64,000 bases of DNA from an uncultured archaeon (GCA_964517675.1 CAZFEL010000005.1:9250-73249); one strand, 5' to 3'; counted from the stretch's first letter, positions 1 through 9,973 are shown. Notes: a model not told the origin generated them from the letters alone. A program made the numbers and translations.

Positions 1-2
1 CG

Positions 3-482
3 TGGGACGGGCTACTCGATACCGTCCTGCGGGAGCAGTACGAGCAGCACAAAGACTACATGGACGTCGAGACGATCTACGGCCGGGCACTCGATGAGTT
101 CGAGGACGCGGATGAGTTCGTCCAGGCAGTCCACGATGATGAGGACATGCTTGAGGATGGGATAACGACGACAGCCTCCCTGCTCGGTGCCTACATCGAG
201 GCCACCGCGGCCGATGAGCTCCAGTTCTACGAGGACAGCGACCGGGCCGATCAGCGGGGCGTGTTCGCGGCCCTGCTCGGTGTCTCGGTGGACCCCGACC
301 GCCACGTCAAAGAGTACCGCTCACGGATCGAGGGCCTCGAGGTCGACGGGACCGAATACGCGATCGAGCACAGCCTGCGACCGGAGGAGTACACCGACCA
401 GGTCCAGGGTATGTCGTTCCAGGGCAGTCTCGAGAACCACCTGGAGCTGTACCGGGAGCGGGCCACGGTTGAGGAGGTCTGA
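3..482 (+). CDS. Acidic hypothetical protein, 5'-truncated by window edge
   Basis: Frame is open from position 3 (WDGLLDTVLREQ...) to TGA at 482; D/E-rich like the other real genes. Confidence 0.7.
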   Translation, partial: WDGLLDTVLREQYEQHKDYMDVETIYGRALDEFEDADEFVQAVHDDEDMLEDGITTTASLLGAYIEATAADELQFYEDSDRADQRGVFAALLGVSVDPDRHVKEYRSRIEGLEVDGTEYAIEHSLRPEEYTDQVQGMSFQGSLENHLELYRERATVEEV

Positions 483-564
483 CAGAGACCTGGTTCTGGT
501 GTGGCCGGACCACCGGGCCCGACACTTTTATTACGATGTATTACCCAGCCTGGGCCAGATACTC

Positions 565-1536
565 ATGAGAGCGATCGTTCTCGCAGGAGGCCACGCGACG
601 CGGCTGTGGCCGATCACGCGGCACCGGGCCAAACCACTCCTCGACCTCGATGGCAGGCCGATCATCGATTACATCGTCGCCGACCTCGAGGACCGGGACG
701 ACATTGATGCGATCTATATCTCGACCAACAGGAAATTCGCCGACGACTTCCGCGAGTACATCGATGAGCACGGCTACGACCGGACCGAGGTCGTCATCGA
801 GGACCAGGCCTCAGAGGAGGAAAAACCCGGTACCATTGGGGCAATCATCCAGCTCCTCGACCGCATGGGCGCGGACGATGACTACCTCGTCATCGGCGGG
901 GACAACTACTACTCCTTCGACCTCGGGGACTTCCTCGAGACCGCAGGCGACAGGCCGGGGATCGCATGCTATGACGTCGGGTCCACGGAGGCAGCGACAT
1001 CGTTCGGCGTCGTCGAGACCACCGATGGCACCGTCACGGGGTTCGAGGAGAAACCATCGGATCCCGCCTCGACCCTCGCATCGATCGCGTGTTACTTCTT
1101 CCCCCAGGATGAGGTCTCCCTGTTCCACGAGTACGAGGACCACTTCAGGGACACCGACGTGCCAGAGGACCGGTACCTGGACGAACCCGGCCGCCTGATC
1201 GAGTGGGCCCACCGCCAGACCGACATCCTTGCGTACCCCTTCGAGGGCCACTGGTTCGATGTCGGGACCCGGGAGGGCTATCTCACCGCACAGGCCGCCC
1301 TTGCGGACGAGAACATCATCGATGGAGATGTCACCGGCACCGATGTCGGGGACAACGTCTACGTCATGGCCGGCGCGACCGTCCAGGATGCCGAGCTCGA
1401 GGACTGTATCATCTTCCCCGGCGCCACCGTCGAGGACTGCACCATCAGGGACTCGATCATCGACGAGGACGCCGACCTGCAGGGCCTGGACGTGGCAGAA
1501 TCACTGATCGGGAAACACTCCACCGTCAGGCGCTGA
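565..1536 (+). CDS. Sugar-phosphate nucleotidyltransferase (NTP transferase family) with C-terminal beta-helix repeats
   Basis: N-terminal MRAIVLAGGHATRLWP signature, EEKP motif, WFDVGT; ATG at 565 follows an AT-rich TATA-like element. Confidence 0.9.
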   Translation: MRAIVLAGGHATRLWPITRHRAKPLLDLDGRPIIDYIVADLEDRDDIDAIYISTNRKFADDFREYIDEHGYDRTEVVIEDQASEEEKPGTIGAIIQLLDRMGADDDYLVIGGDNYYSFDLGDFLETAGDRPGIACYDVGSTEAATSFGVVETTDGTVTGFEEKPSDPASTLASIACYFFPQDEVSLFHEYEDHFRDTDVPEDRYLDEPGRLIEWAHRQTDILAYPFEGHWFDVGTREGYLTAQAALADENIIDGDVTGTDVGDNVYVMAGATVQDAELEDCIIFPGATVEDCTIRDSIIDEDADLQGLDVAESLIGKHSTVRR

Positions 1537-1636
1537 TGACCGGTCATACCGGCGATCCGCCCCGACACCGACCGGTCTCGCAGCCACCCAAGGTATTAAA
1601 AAGGTCCGAACGGAACCCCGGTTCAGGTGCACTATA

Positions 1637-1855
1637 GTGCCAGAACAACCCAACCAGCAGCAGATGCTACAGGCTTTCCAGCAGAAGATCGGTAACCTGG
1701 AACTCACACTAAACGCACTTCTCGCAGTCCTCACGGAAAACGACGTCGTCGATCAGGACGAAGTCAACGAGAAGGCACAGGAGATCATCGAAGAAATCCA
1801 GGAGCAGCAGGGCGGACAGGGCGGCATGCCCGGTGGCGCTCCCGGCGCAGAGTAA
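1637..1855 (+). CDS. Small Gln/Gly-rich hypothetical protein
   Basis: 72-aa acidic helical ORF downstream of a TATTAAAA promoter-like element. Confidence 0.7.
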   Translation: MPEQPNQQQMLQAFQQKIGNLELTLNALLAVLTENDVVDQDEVNEKAQEIIEEIQEQQGGQGGMPGGAPGAE

Positions 1856-1919
1856 ATCTCCTGCCAGATCTTCCAGGGGTGGCGTAAGACCCACCACCTA
1901 TCCTCTCCTTTTCTCATCA

Positions 1920-2807
1920 CTACCTCAGTACATCCAGTCCATCGTAGACGTTGTTAGCGATCGAGCGCTTCAATGCGGCCACTGACTCACGGAACTCACG
2001 CTCTTTCAGGGCCTCCGCGACAGGATGGGCCGTCGAGGTCACCACTGCGAAGCCCCGCTCGATCCCCTCTAAAGCCGGCCCGTCACCGCCCGTGTACCCA
2101 TCGCGGAAGCCCTCCCGGACAGCGGTATAGGTCGCCCGGTCCAGCAGCTTCGCACTCGAGACGAACGTGATCAGGTCCGCTGCCGTGTCCCACTCATCCG
2201 CCCTATCGATCGTGTACTCCCAGTCGATTGATGCGTAGCCGTCATCCGTCACCAGGATGTTCTCCAGCCGGTTGTCCATCTTGACGATGTCCTGCTCATG
2301 CATCGCAGCCGTCAGCTCGCCCATGTCCCTCGCGGCCTCGTAGGCAGCCTCCGATTCGATATCGTCCACGTACACCGGGAACGGCTCTGCGTCCGTGATC
2401 TCCTTGAAGGCCATGTGCTCATCGTCACGGTACAGGACCGCCGGGATCTCCGCGTCCACTCCTGCCAGCTCCGCCACGGCGGTCTCCTCGTTGTCCATCC
2501 GCTCGTCCGTCTCCACGTAGTCCCTGACCTCCAGGTCAAGGTCCTTCAGGGCAGCCAGCCCCTCATCAGGGACACGTCGGACCGCATCCAGATTCTCCCG
2601 GAGCCTCCCGTACTGGGTCACCGCAAGAGACAGCCCCGGCTCGTCGTCGTACTCCTTCAGGATCGCAGCATCATCGATATCCCATTCCTCGAGGACGGCA
2701 TCATCTGTCACCCGGTAGACCTCGTTGGTCATCCCGCCGCCAAGCTCCTCGCTGCGGGCTTTCAGGTCATCAAGGTCGGTGTCCGCTGGCAGGCTGTACT
2801 CGTCCAT
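1920..2807 (-). CDS. Protein-kinase-like fold protein (Bud32/RIO/Kdo-like)
   Basis: Gly-rich GGGMTNEVY, catalytic-loop-like HEQDIVKMDNRLEN and metal-binding IDWE. Confidence 0.75.
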   Translation of the reverse strand: MDEYSLPADTDLDDLKARSEELGGGMTNEVYRVTDDAVLEEWDIDDAAILKEYDDEPGLSLAVTQYGRLRENLDAVRRVPDEGLAALKDLDLEVRDYVETDERMDNEETAVAELAGVDAEIPAVLYRDDEHMAFKEITDAEPFPVYVDDIESEAAYEAARDMGELTAAMHEQDIVKMDNRLENILVTDDGYASIDWEYTIDRADEWDTAADLITFVSSAKLLDRATYTAVREGFRDGYTGGDGPALEGIERGFAVVTSTAHPVAEALKEREFRESVAALKRSIANNVYDGLDVLR

Positions 2808-2854
2808 AAGTTGTCATTTAGGAGTGACACTAAAGAATGCTTCGGTCCAGACCA

Positions 2855-3547
2855 TCAGTCAGCCGCCCACGTCCCGTCCATCGTCTCCGTCCAGACAGAC
2901 GGATCCGGTGCCTCCTCGATGTAGCCCGGCTCGCGGTCGGGCTGGTCTAAGATGCGATCGAGCTCCGCCCCGCGGCGGTTGTCATCGCGCTGCTTCCGGG
3001 TCATCCGGACCCCATCAGGATCGTCCACCAGCCGGGCCAGCGTCGGACCGGGCTCGCGGTCCTGCCAGCCGGCCTCGTACCGGTCCTCGTCCCCGAGCAG
3101 GACGTATGGGTCGTTCTCCCATGCCCACAGCAGGTCCGCGAACGGCGTCATCCCCTCGTAGTGTTCGATGAGATCGTCCTCATCGAACCCGAACCGCTGC
3201 CAGGCGTTGCGGTGGGCGGTCGCGAGCTGCTCGTCGATGTAGCGTGATTCCTCGACGGCCTCCTCCAGTCGCTCCCAGTTGTCCGCCCGTGTCGAGTCTT
3301 CGAGTTCCTCCTGTGCGTACTCATGGGCTATCCGTGCCCCGGAGCCGGCACCGCCGTACCCGGAGGCGACCTCGTGGGCGAGCTCGTCCATCCGGGCGGG
3401 ATCGTGCTCGTACCTGAGGAACCGTCCGGTCTCTTCGAGAAGCTCCCTGACTGCCTCATTGTATTCGTGCTGGCAGTCCACCACCGTCTCGATCGTGTCC
3501 TCGAGGTTCTCCACGGAATCGTATGTGAAGACATCGACGTCGTCCAT
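2855..3547 (-). CDS. Acidic hypothetical protein
   Basis: 230-aa D/E-rich ORF co-oriented between the two kinase-like genes. Confidence 0.75.
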   Translation of the reverse strand: MDDVDVFTYDSVENLEDTIETVVDCQHEYNEAVRELLEETGRFLRYEHDPARMDELAHEVASGYGGAGSGARIAHEYAQEELEDSTRADNWERLEEAVEESRYIDEQLATAHRNAWQRFGFDEDDLIEHYEGMTPFADLLWAWENDPYVLLGDEDRYEAGWQDREPGPTLARLVDDPDGVRMTRKQRDDNRRGAELDRILDQPDREPGYIEEAPDPSVWTETMDGTWAAD

Positions 3548-3589
3548 CGTGGGTCCTGTGTCGGGCCCAAGAATGAAATAGATGATGGC

Positions 3590-4315
3590 TCAGACGGGGA
3601 GATGCTGGACGTGCTGGTCCAAGTCCTTCCGCCAGTTCTTCCACGTCCGCAGGGCCAGCCGCGGTGACCGCTCCACGATCAGGGCATAGCCCAGCATGCC
3701 GATGACGGTGAAAAGCATCCGGAAGCTCTTATCGATCCTGAACAGGCCGCTGTACCCGTGCTCGAGACCCTGGATGAAAAGAGCATAGTTCCGCTCCGGC
3801 AGGACCTTCGCCGTCGCCATCAGCGTGACCAGGTCCAGCTCCTTGAGGAACCCTGAAGCCTGTTCCCGGAACAGCTCATGGTCCACAGAGACCAGCTCAT
3901 CGTCGTCCACCATCGTGTTCCCGCACCGGCAGTCGACATAGGCACTGCCATGGCCGTGGAGCCTGTCCAGCTCCTGTCCCTTTTTCACCCCTATCTCATA
4001 GCACCGCTGTGGATCCGCGGCCTCGAGATACGACAGCAGCGGATCGCCATCGATCAACTCCATCTCGATGAAGTTTGTGTCATGCCTTATGATCTCGGGA
4101 TGAGGGATATCCAGGTCCGCGAGGATGTCTTTCGCACGGAGCTCGTTCTCAAGCCGGCGGCCCTTGGTGAGGAACTCGAAATTGAGGAACAGTATCTGGA
4201 GGATGTTGATCAGCACGACCGTCCACGAGCTGTCAGCGATGTACTTCACGACGGTCCCATCGTCGGTCTCCCATATGGCGTTGGTCAGTCCCTCACCGAT
4301 CGCTTTTTTCTGCAT
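3590..4315 (-). CDS. Second kinase-like protein, probably membrane-associated
   Basis: GEGLTNAIW, LHGHGSAYVDCRCGN, VDHE; two hydrophobic stretches; start re-assigned to MQKK at 4315. Confidence 0.7.
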   Translation of the reverse strand: MQKKAIGEGLTNAIWETDDGTVVKYIADSSWTVVLINILQILFLNFEFLTKGRRLENELRAKDILADLDIPHPEIIRHDTNFIEMELIDGDPLLSYLEAADPQRCYEIGVKKGQELDRLHGHGSAYVDCRCGNTMVDDDELVSVDHELFREQASGFLKELDLVTLMATAKVLPERNYALFIQGLEHGYSGLFRIDKSFRMLFTVIGMLGYALIVERSPRLALRTWKNWRKDLDQHVQHLPV

Positions 4316-5009
4316 CGCTTTCCTCCCTGCACGGACAGTACCGGCACATATCCGCCAGCACACCGTCCTGACACGACGGATTCCGCGCAGTACATACCTC
4401 CCGACCATGTTTGATAAGGTTGATGTGGAACTCGTACTTCCGCTCGTCCGGGACCTCCCTGTCGAGGATCTCATGGGCCTTCTCCCGTGAGACGTCTTCC
4501 GGCACCAGGCCGACGCGCTTACAGATCCGGTAGACATGGGTATCGACCGGGAACACCGGCATATCGAAGACAAAACACAGCGTCACCGCCGCCGTCTTCG
4601 GTCCCACCCCCGGGAACCGCTGGAGGTACTCCTTGGCCTCATCCACGTCCATATCGCGCACGTGATCGAGGCTGAACTCGCCCCGCTGTTCGTTCAGCAT
4701 CCGCAGGAACGTCTGGATCCTCTCTGCCTTCGTCGGTCCCAGACCTGACGGCCTGACGGCCTCGGCGACCTCCTCGTGGTCTGCGTCCAGGATCGCCTGG
4801 AACGAGTCGAACTGCTTGTCCAGCCGCTCTTTCGCCACGTCACGGTTGTCATCGTTGGTGTTCTGGGACAGGATCGTCGTGATCAGTGAATCGACCGGAT
4901 CGGACCGACCTGCCTGTTCCGGTATCCCGTACTCCTCCTTCAGGCGGTCCATGACCTCCTCCATCCGGCGGTGGTACTCGGCACCGTAGGTGATCTCCTC
5001 GCTATCCAT
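4293..5009 (-). CDS. nth: Endonuclease III (HhH-GPD DNA glycosylase/AP lyase)
   Basis: ILSQNTND, HhH GVGPKTA with catalytic Lys, VDTHV, C-terminal Cys cluster. Confidence 0.9.
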   Translation of the reverse strand: MDSEEITYGAEYHRRMEEVMDRLKEEYGIPEQAGRSDPVDSLITTILSQNTNDDNRDVAKERLDKQFDSFQAILDADHEEVAEAVRPSGLGPTKAERIQTFLRMLNEQRGEFSLDHVRDMDVDEAKEYLQRFPGVGPKTAAVTLCFVFDMPVFPVDTHVYRICKRVGLVPEDVSREKAHEILDREVPDERKYEFHINLIKHGREVCTARNPSCQDGVLADMCRYCPCREESDAEKSDR

Positions 5010-5270
5010 CACCGACCGATGCCCGCCTAACAGCTTTAAATCTGTGTCACAGGATGCCAGCAAACAGACAGCGGACACCGTATACTGCCGGAAAGAGCCG
5101 GCCACCGCATCCAGGACATTACAATCGTTAACCGCACGAGAAGGTAGTTTTATAAGAAGCATACCCGTACATTATTCTACTCTGTAGTCATACAGAAAAG
5201 CGATTCCGGGTCCAGACAGCGATATCCCGCACAGGCTACAGAGCATGACACCATGACTAAGGTGTGTGCG

Positions 5271-5555
5271 ATGGATATCGGAGAACTGGAGCCAGGAGTT
5301 GAAGAGTGCGAACTTGAAGCTGAAGTCAAAGAGATACACCGTCCCCGTGCGGTCTCGACCAAGTACGGCCAGAAGAAACTGACCACCGCCGTCCTCGCGG
5401 ACAAGACAGGTGAGATAGAGACGGTCCTCTGGGAGGACCAGATCGATCGCCTCGATGAAGGACAGGATGTCCGTATCAAAGGCGCCTACGTGCGGGAATG
5501 GGTCGATCACCTTCAACTCAACATACCGCGAAAAGGGAAGATAGAACCGCTATGA
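5271..5555 (+). CDS. ssb: Single OB-fold single-stranded DNA-binding protein
   Basis: LADKTGEIETVLW...GQDVRIKGAYVREW...LQLNI pattern typical of single-OB SSB/RPA. Confidence 0.85.
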   Translation: MDIGELEPGVEECELEAEVKEIHRPRAVSTKYGQKKLTTAVLADKTGEIETVLWEDQIDRLDEGQDVRIKGAYVREWVDHLQLNIPRKGKIEPL

Positions 5556-5592
5556 GGGCTGGGCAAAGATTTTATAGCCGCCGCCCGGTTTG

Positions 5593-6603
5593 ATGACCAT
5601 GGAACACGGCCAGGTCTCCACGGTTCTCACCGCAATATTCTTCCTCGGCAGCATCTGGATGCTCTGGCCGTTCTTCGGTGCGCTGCTCTTTGGCATGCTG
5701 ACCGCCTACATCCTCCTCTATCTTGAACAACGACTCAACGACCACCTCGAGAATCAGGTCATCAGCAACGCCGTTATCATAGTACTGATAACCGTCATCG
5801 TCGCTGGACTGCTCTATGGCGTCTCCTCAAGCGTCTCGACGTTCACCCGCAATATCGAACAGTTCATAACAACCATCTCGGGCAGTGCCTCCTACCTCAT
5901 CACCGTCTTCGATCTTCCAGGCTCACTTGCCAACGTCATCGATGCCATCCTCTCGGATATAAGCTCCCTCCTCCAGTCCACCCTGATCGGCGAGCTCAAG
6001 CGTGTCCCGAGCACCATTATCGATCTGACACTGTACGTCTTCGCAGTCTATTACTTCTACCGGGACGGCAAAGCATTGCGGACCAGGGTCTTCGGGCTCG
6101 TCGAACAGCTGGAGGAACGGAGACAGCACGTCGTCTTGACCCTTATCCGGAGCCTCGATGACCTCGCGCGGGGGGTCTTCCTCAACCGCCTCATCATCGC
6201 CCTCACCGTCACACTGCTGACAGGGACCGGGTACTTCCTCATGGGCATCGAGTTCTGGTGGGGCTGGGCCCTGGTGTCCGGTATGTTCTCCTTCGTCCCG
6301 TACTTCCAGCCATTCCTCGTGTACCTCCCGCTCGGCGGCCTCTACATGGCACTGGGGGACTTCTGGCTCGGGGTCATCATCATCGTCTACGGCATCCTGA
6401 TCCTGGACACCCTCCCGACCATCTTCATCAGACCCCATCTCGATACCCACAGGACGAAGGAACCGAACATCCTCCTGTTCCTCGGGTTCATAGCAGGCCC
6501 CATGGTCCTCGGGGCCAAAGGCATCATCCTCGGCCCGGTCATCCTCGTCCTCGCGAAGGACTTCTTCACAGAAATATTCAGCTACGATCAGGTACCTTCC
6601 TGA
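5593..6603 (+). CDS. AI-2E family transporter
   Basis: Polytopic membrane protein with FVPYF...P and LGFIAGPMVLGAKGIILGPVIL motifs. Confidence 0.85.
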   Translation: MTMEHGQVSTVLTAIFFLGSIWMLWPFFGALLFGMLTAYILLYLEQRLNDHLENQVISNAVIIVLITVIVAGLLYGVSSSVSTFTRNIEQFITTISGSASYLITVFDLPGSLANVIDAILSDISSLLQSTLIGELKRVPSTIIDLTLYVFAVYYFYRDGKALRTRVFGLVEQLEERRQHVVLTLIRSLDDLARGVFLNRLIIALTVTLLTGTGYFLMGIEFWWGWALVSGMFSFVPYFQPFLVYLPLGGLYMALGDFWLGVIIIVYGILILDTLPTIFIRPHLDTHRTKEPNILLFLGFIAGPMVLGAKGIILGPVILVLAKDFFTEIFSYDQVPS

Positions 6604-7036
6604 CCCCCATCCCACAGACAGGACACCGCTTTCCCTCGACATCGCGCCCGCAGTTCTCACACACCGTCTTCCAGGCGATCGAGTCCTCGATACCCTCCTT
6701 CAGGAACCCCTCACAGGACACATCGAGCTCCTCCGCCAGCGTCTGGATCGCATAATCATCCGTCACCAGCATCGCATCCTGACCGAGAGCCAGCGCAACC
6801 AGGGCCACGTCTGTCCCCGAGACATCGACACCTGTCCGCTCGACAGCCGCCTCGACACGTTCCCGGTCCTCCTCGGCCGGCTCCCTGATATCAACATCCA
6901 TCGTGTCGAACCGCCGACGGGCCTTGGTCGATGACAGCTCCGCCGTCACACCCGGGACCGTCATCATCTCCTCGAAGTCCAGCTCCATGCCGGCCCCGTG
7001 GATGATGACGTTCGCATCGATGACATGGACAGGCAT
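6578..7036 (-). CDS. nob1: Nob1-type PIN-domain RNase with Zn ribbon
   Basis: VIDANV, TDVALVALA, VTDDYAIQ, C-terminal CENCG...CPVCG. Confidence 0.85.
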   Translation of the reverse strand: MPVHVIDANVIIHGAGMELDFEEMMTVPGVTAELSSTKARRRFDTMDVDIREPAEEDRERVEAAVERTGVDVSGTDVALVALALGQDAMLVTDDYAIQTLAEELDVSCEGFLKEGIEDSIAWKTVCENCGRDVEGKRCPVCGMGVRKVPDRS

Positions 7037-7120
7037 GACCCCTACGTTGGGAGCAGGCATTGAAAAGGACTGGCCCCGAAGTATTTAAACGACAGAACAG
7101 CATCCGATACCAGTGACTGT

Positions 7121-7318
7121 ATGGAGATACCACGAGCACCACTCGAGCGTATCATGAGGAATGCTGGGGCCGACCGAGTATCAGAGGAAGCCGTCGAGAT
7201 TCTCAAAGATGCTGCAGAAGACGTAGCGGATGATATAGCACAAGAAGCTGTCGATAAATCGCGCGAAGAGGGACATTCGACGGTCAAACGCGTCGATGTC
7301 CGGCTCGCATCAGAGTAA
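7121..7318 (+). CDS. Archaeal histone (single HMf-type fold)
   Basis: IPRAPLERIMRNAGADRVSEEA...TVKRVDV matches the HMfA/B fold. Confidence 0.9.
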   Translation: MEIPRAPLERIMRNAGADRVSEEAVEILKDAAEDVADDIAQEAVDKSREEGHSTVKRVDVRLASE

Positions 7319-7351
7319 CAGCGACCTCGGGTACACTCGTTCTTCAGAGCG

Positions 7352-7984
7352 TCACGATCCACCGAGCTTCCGCTTCAGGGCATTCTTCGCACGGCGGGCG
7401 TACTCCCGTGCACCCTGCCAGACGATCTTGTCATAGATCGCGTGGACCCTGTTGCCGTACCTGTTCATGTAGGCCACATCCGTCACCCGGTACTTGTTCG
7501 GCGGGTTCGACCGCTCGCGCGGATAGCCCAGCGTGATGATCGCCATCGGCCGCAGCTCGGACGGGATATCGAGAAGCTCCGAGACACTGTCCTCGTTGAA
7601 CGCACCGACCCACGCCGCGCCGAGACCAAGTTCCTCCGCCATCAGAAGCATGTTCTGCATCGAGGCGGCCGTCTCCTGGATCATGTACAGGTTCGAGCCC
7701 CGCTCCTCGTACTTCGATTTCGCCTTCTCCTCGTCACCGAGGATCACGATACAGACCGGGGCCTCCCTGACGTGTTCCTGGTTGTAGGAGTACTGGGAGA
7801 GCTTCCGCTTGAGGGTATCGTCCTCTACGATGATGAACTCCCAGCTCTGCATGTTGCCGGCAGAAGGCGCCCAGCGTGCGGCCTCGAGAACCTTACCGAT
7901 CTTCTCACGGTCAATCGGCTCGTCCATGTACTTCTTCACCGAGACCCTGTTCTGCATCGTATCGAGCAGATCCTTCGCCGACAT
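7352..7984 (-). CDS. Nitroreductase family protein
   Basis: RVSVKKY, ARWAPSAGNMQSWEF, LGLGAAWVG, ITLGYP. Confidence 0.9.
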   Translation of the reverse strand: MSAKDLLDTMQNRVSVKKYMDEPIDREKIGKVLEAARWAPSAGNMQSWEFIIVEDDTLKRKLSQYSYNQEHVREAPVCIVILGDEEKAKSKYEERGSNLYMIQETAASMQNMLLMAEELGLGAAWVGAFNEDSVSELLDIPSELRPMAIITLGYPRERSNPPNKYRVTDVAYMNRYGNRVHAIYDKIVWQGAREYARRAKNALKRKLGGS

Positions 7985-8084
7985 ACATCGACAACCGGGC
8001 TCCACGTATTTAACGTTAAGCCGCCACCGGCCGCCCGCCATCCCGGCAGAAACGTTTTAACACTCCGAGGGCAAGCCCGTACCG

Positions 8085-9794
8085 ATGGAGTACGCCGATC
8101 TCGTCGACGTCTTCGATCGCCTCATCGCGACCCAGGCCAACCTCGAGAAGACCTCGATCCTGGCCGGGACCTTCGGAGAGGCAGCGACCGAGGACCTCGG
8201 CATCATCGCGCGGTTCTGCCGCGGGAAGATCTTTCCCTCCTGGGACGATCGCGAAATCGGCATGTCCTCCAGCCTTGCGAAAGACGCCATCGCCAAAAAC
8301 ACCGGCGCCAGCGAGGACGAGATCGACGACATGTGGCGCGAGACAGGAGACCTCGGTGATGCCGCAGAGGAACTGTCCTCACAGAGCAACCAGGGCCTCG
8401 GCCAGTTCGACCCCGATTTCACGAGCGAACTCACCATCCACGATGTCATGGAGACCTTCGAGGAGATCGAGGAGGCCAGCGGTGAGGGATCGATCGAGGC
8501 GAAGGTATCCGGCCTCGCGAGTATGCTCTCGAAGGCCTCTCCCCGCGAGGCGAAGTACCTCGTCAGGCTCGCCATCGGGGCGATGCGGCTCGGGGTCGGG
8601 GAAGGAACGGTCAGGGACGCACTCGCGGAGACCTTCCTCCCGAAGATGGACGAGGACGATGCTAAAGAGCTCATCGAGCACGCCTACGATGTCACCAACG
8701 ACTACGGCCTCGTCGCCCGCACCGCCAGACAGGACGGGGCCGACGGACTCTCCGAGCTCGAGATGGAGCTCGGCCGGCCGATCAAGGTCATGCTCGCCCA
8801 GAAAGCCGAATCGATGGAGGACGGCTTCGAGGACATCGCGGACGAGGATGGACGGGTCGGGATGGAGTACAAGTACGACGGCATGCGGACCCAGATACAC
8901 AAAAACGGCGACGATATCACGGTATTCACCCGGCGGCTCGAGGATGTCACCAAACAGTTCCCTGACCTCCTCGAGGCGGTCGAGGACCACATCGAGGCCA
9001 AGACGTGCATCATCGAGGGCGAGGCCGTGGCCTACGACCCGGAGGACGGGAGCCTGATACCGTTCCAGCAGCTGTCCCGCCGCATCAAGCGGAAGTACGA
9101 CATCAACGAGATGGTCGAGGAGATCCCTGTCGTGCTTTACCTCTTCGATATCACCTACCTCGACGGACAGACCCTGCTCCAGGACCCCCTCCGGGACCGC
9201 CTCGAGAAGCTGGATTCGGTCCTCGACACCGAGGAACAGATCATCGAGCGGGCCGCCTATATGGAGACGGACGACAAGGAACGAGCCAACGAGTTCTATC
9301 AGGCCGCCCTCTCGGAGGGTCATGAGGGACTGATGCTGAAGAACCTCGATGCCGGGTACAAGCCCGGCTCCCGGGTAGGGTACATGGTCAAGCTCAAACC
9401 GATCATGGAGACACTCGACCTCGTCATCAACCGGGCCAAGTGGAGCGAGGGACGGAAAAGCGACTGGCTCGGCCGGCTGTTCCTTGCCTGCCGCGACGGC
9501 GACCAGCTCAAAGAGATCGGCCGGATGTCGACCGGGTTCACCGACGAGGAGCTGGCCGACCTCACCGAGCGGCTGGAGGAGCTTATCATCGAAGAGGACG
9601 GCCGGGAGGTCGACCTCCGCCCCGAGGTCGTCGTCGAGGTCGCCTACGAGGAGATCCAGGAGTCACCAAAGTACTCCTCCGGGTTCGCCCTGCGGTTCCC
9701 GCGGTTCATCCAGGTGCGGGAGGACCTCGATCGGGACGATGTCGATGACATCGAGAAGGTCCGCCGGCTGTACGAGGACCAGGCCGATACCTGA
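8085..9794 (+). CDS. lig: ATP-dependent DNA ligase
   Basis: Motif I EYKYDGMRTQIH, EGEAV, EGLMLK, LRFPRF. Confidence 0.97.
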   Translation: MEYADLVDVFDRLIATQANLEKTSILAGTFGEAATEDLGIIARFCRGKIFPSWDDREIGMSSSLAKDAIAKNTGASEDEIDDMWRETGDLGDAAEELSSQSNQGLGQFDPDFTSELTIHDVMETFEEIEEASGEGSIEAKVSGLASMLSKASPREAKYLVRLAIGAMRLGVGEGTVRDALAETFLPKMDEDDAKELIEHAYDVTNDYGLVARTARQDGADGLSELEMELGRPIKVMLAQKAESMEDGFEDIADEDGRVGMEYKYDGMRTQIHKNGDDITVFTRRLEDVTKQFPDLLEAVEDHIEAKTCIIEGEAVAYDPEDGSLIPFQQLSRRIKRKYDINEMVEEIPVVLYLFDITYLDGQTLLQDPLRDRLEKLDSVLDTEEQIIERAAYMETDDKERANEFYQAALSEGHEGLMLKNLDAGYKPGSRVGYMVKLKPIMETLDLVINRAKWSEGRKSDWLGRLFLACRDGDQLKEIGRMSTGFTDEELADLTERLEELIIEEDGREVDLRPEVVVEVAYEEIQESPKYSSGFALRFPRFIQVREDLDRDDVDDIEKVRRLYEDQADT

Positions 9795-9973
9795 GACACG
9801 GGGATACACCTGACAGACGACACCATCTTTTTATACGTTAGAGTAGTAACTCTTTACACCGGCAAGTTTCCACTGCCCGATAACAAAACCCCGGAAAGTT
9901 ATTTAAAGGGGGCGCGGGCAATATAATACCGGAAGTTACGATAACACCACGACAACACAGGTGCTTCACAACA

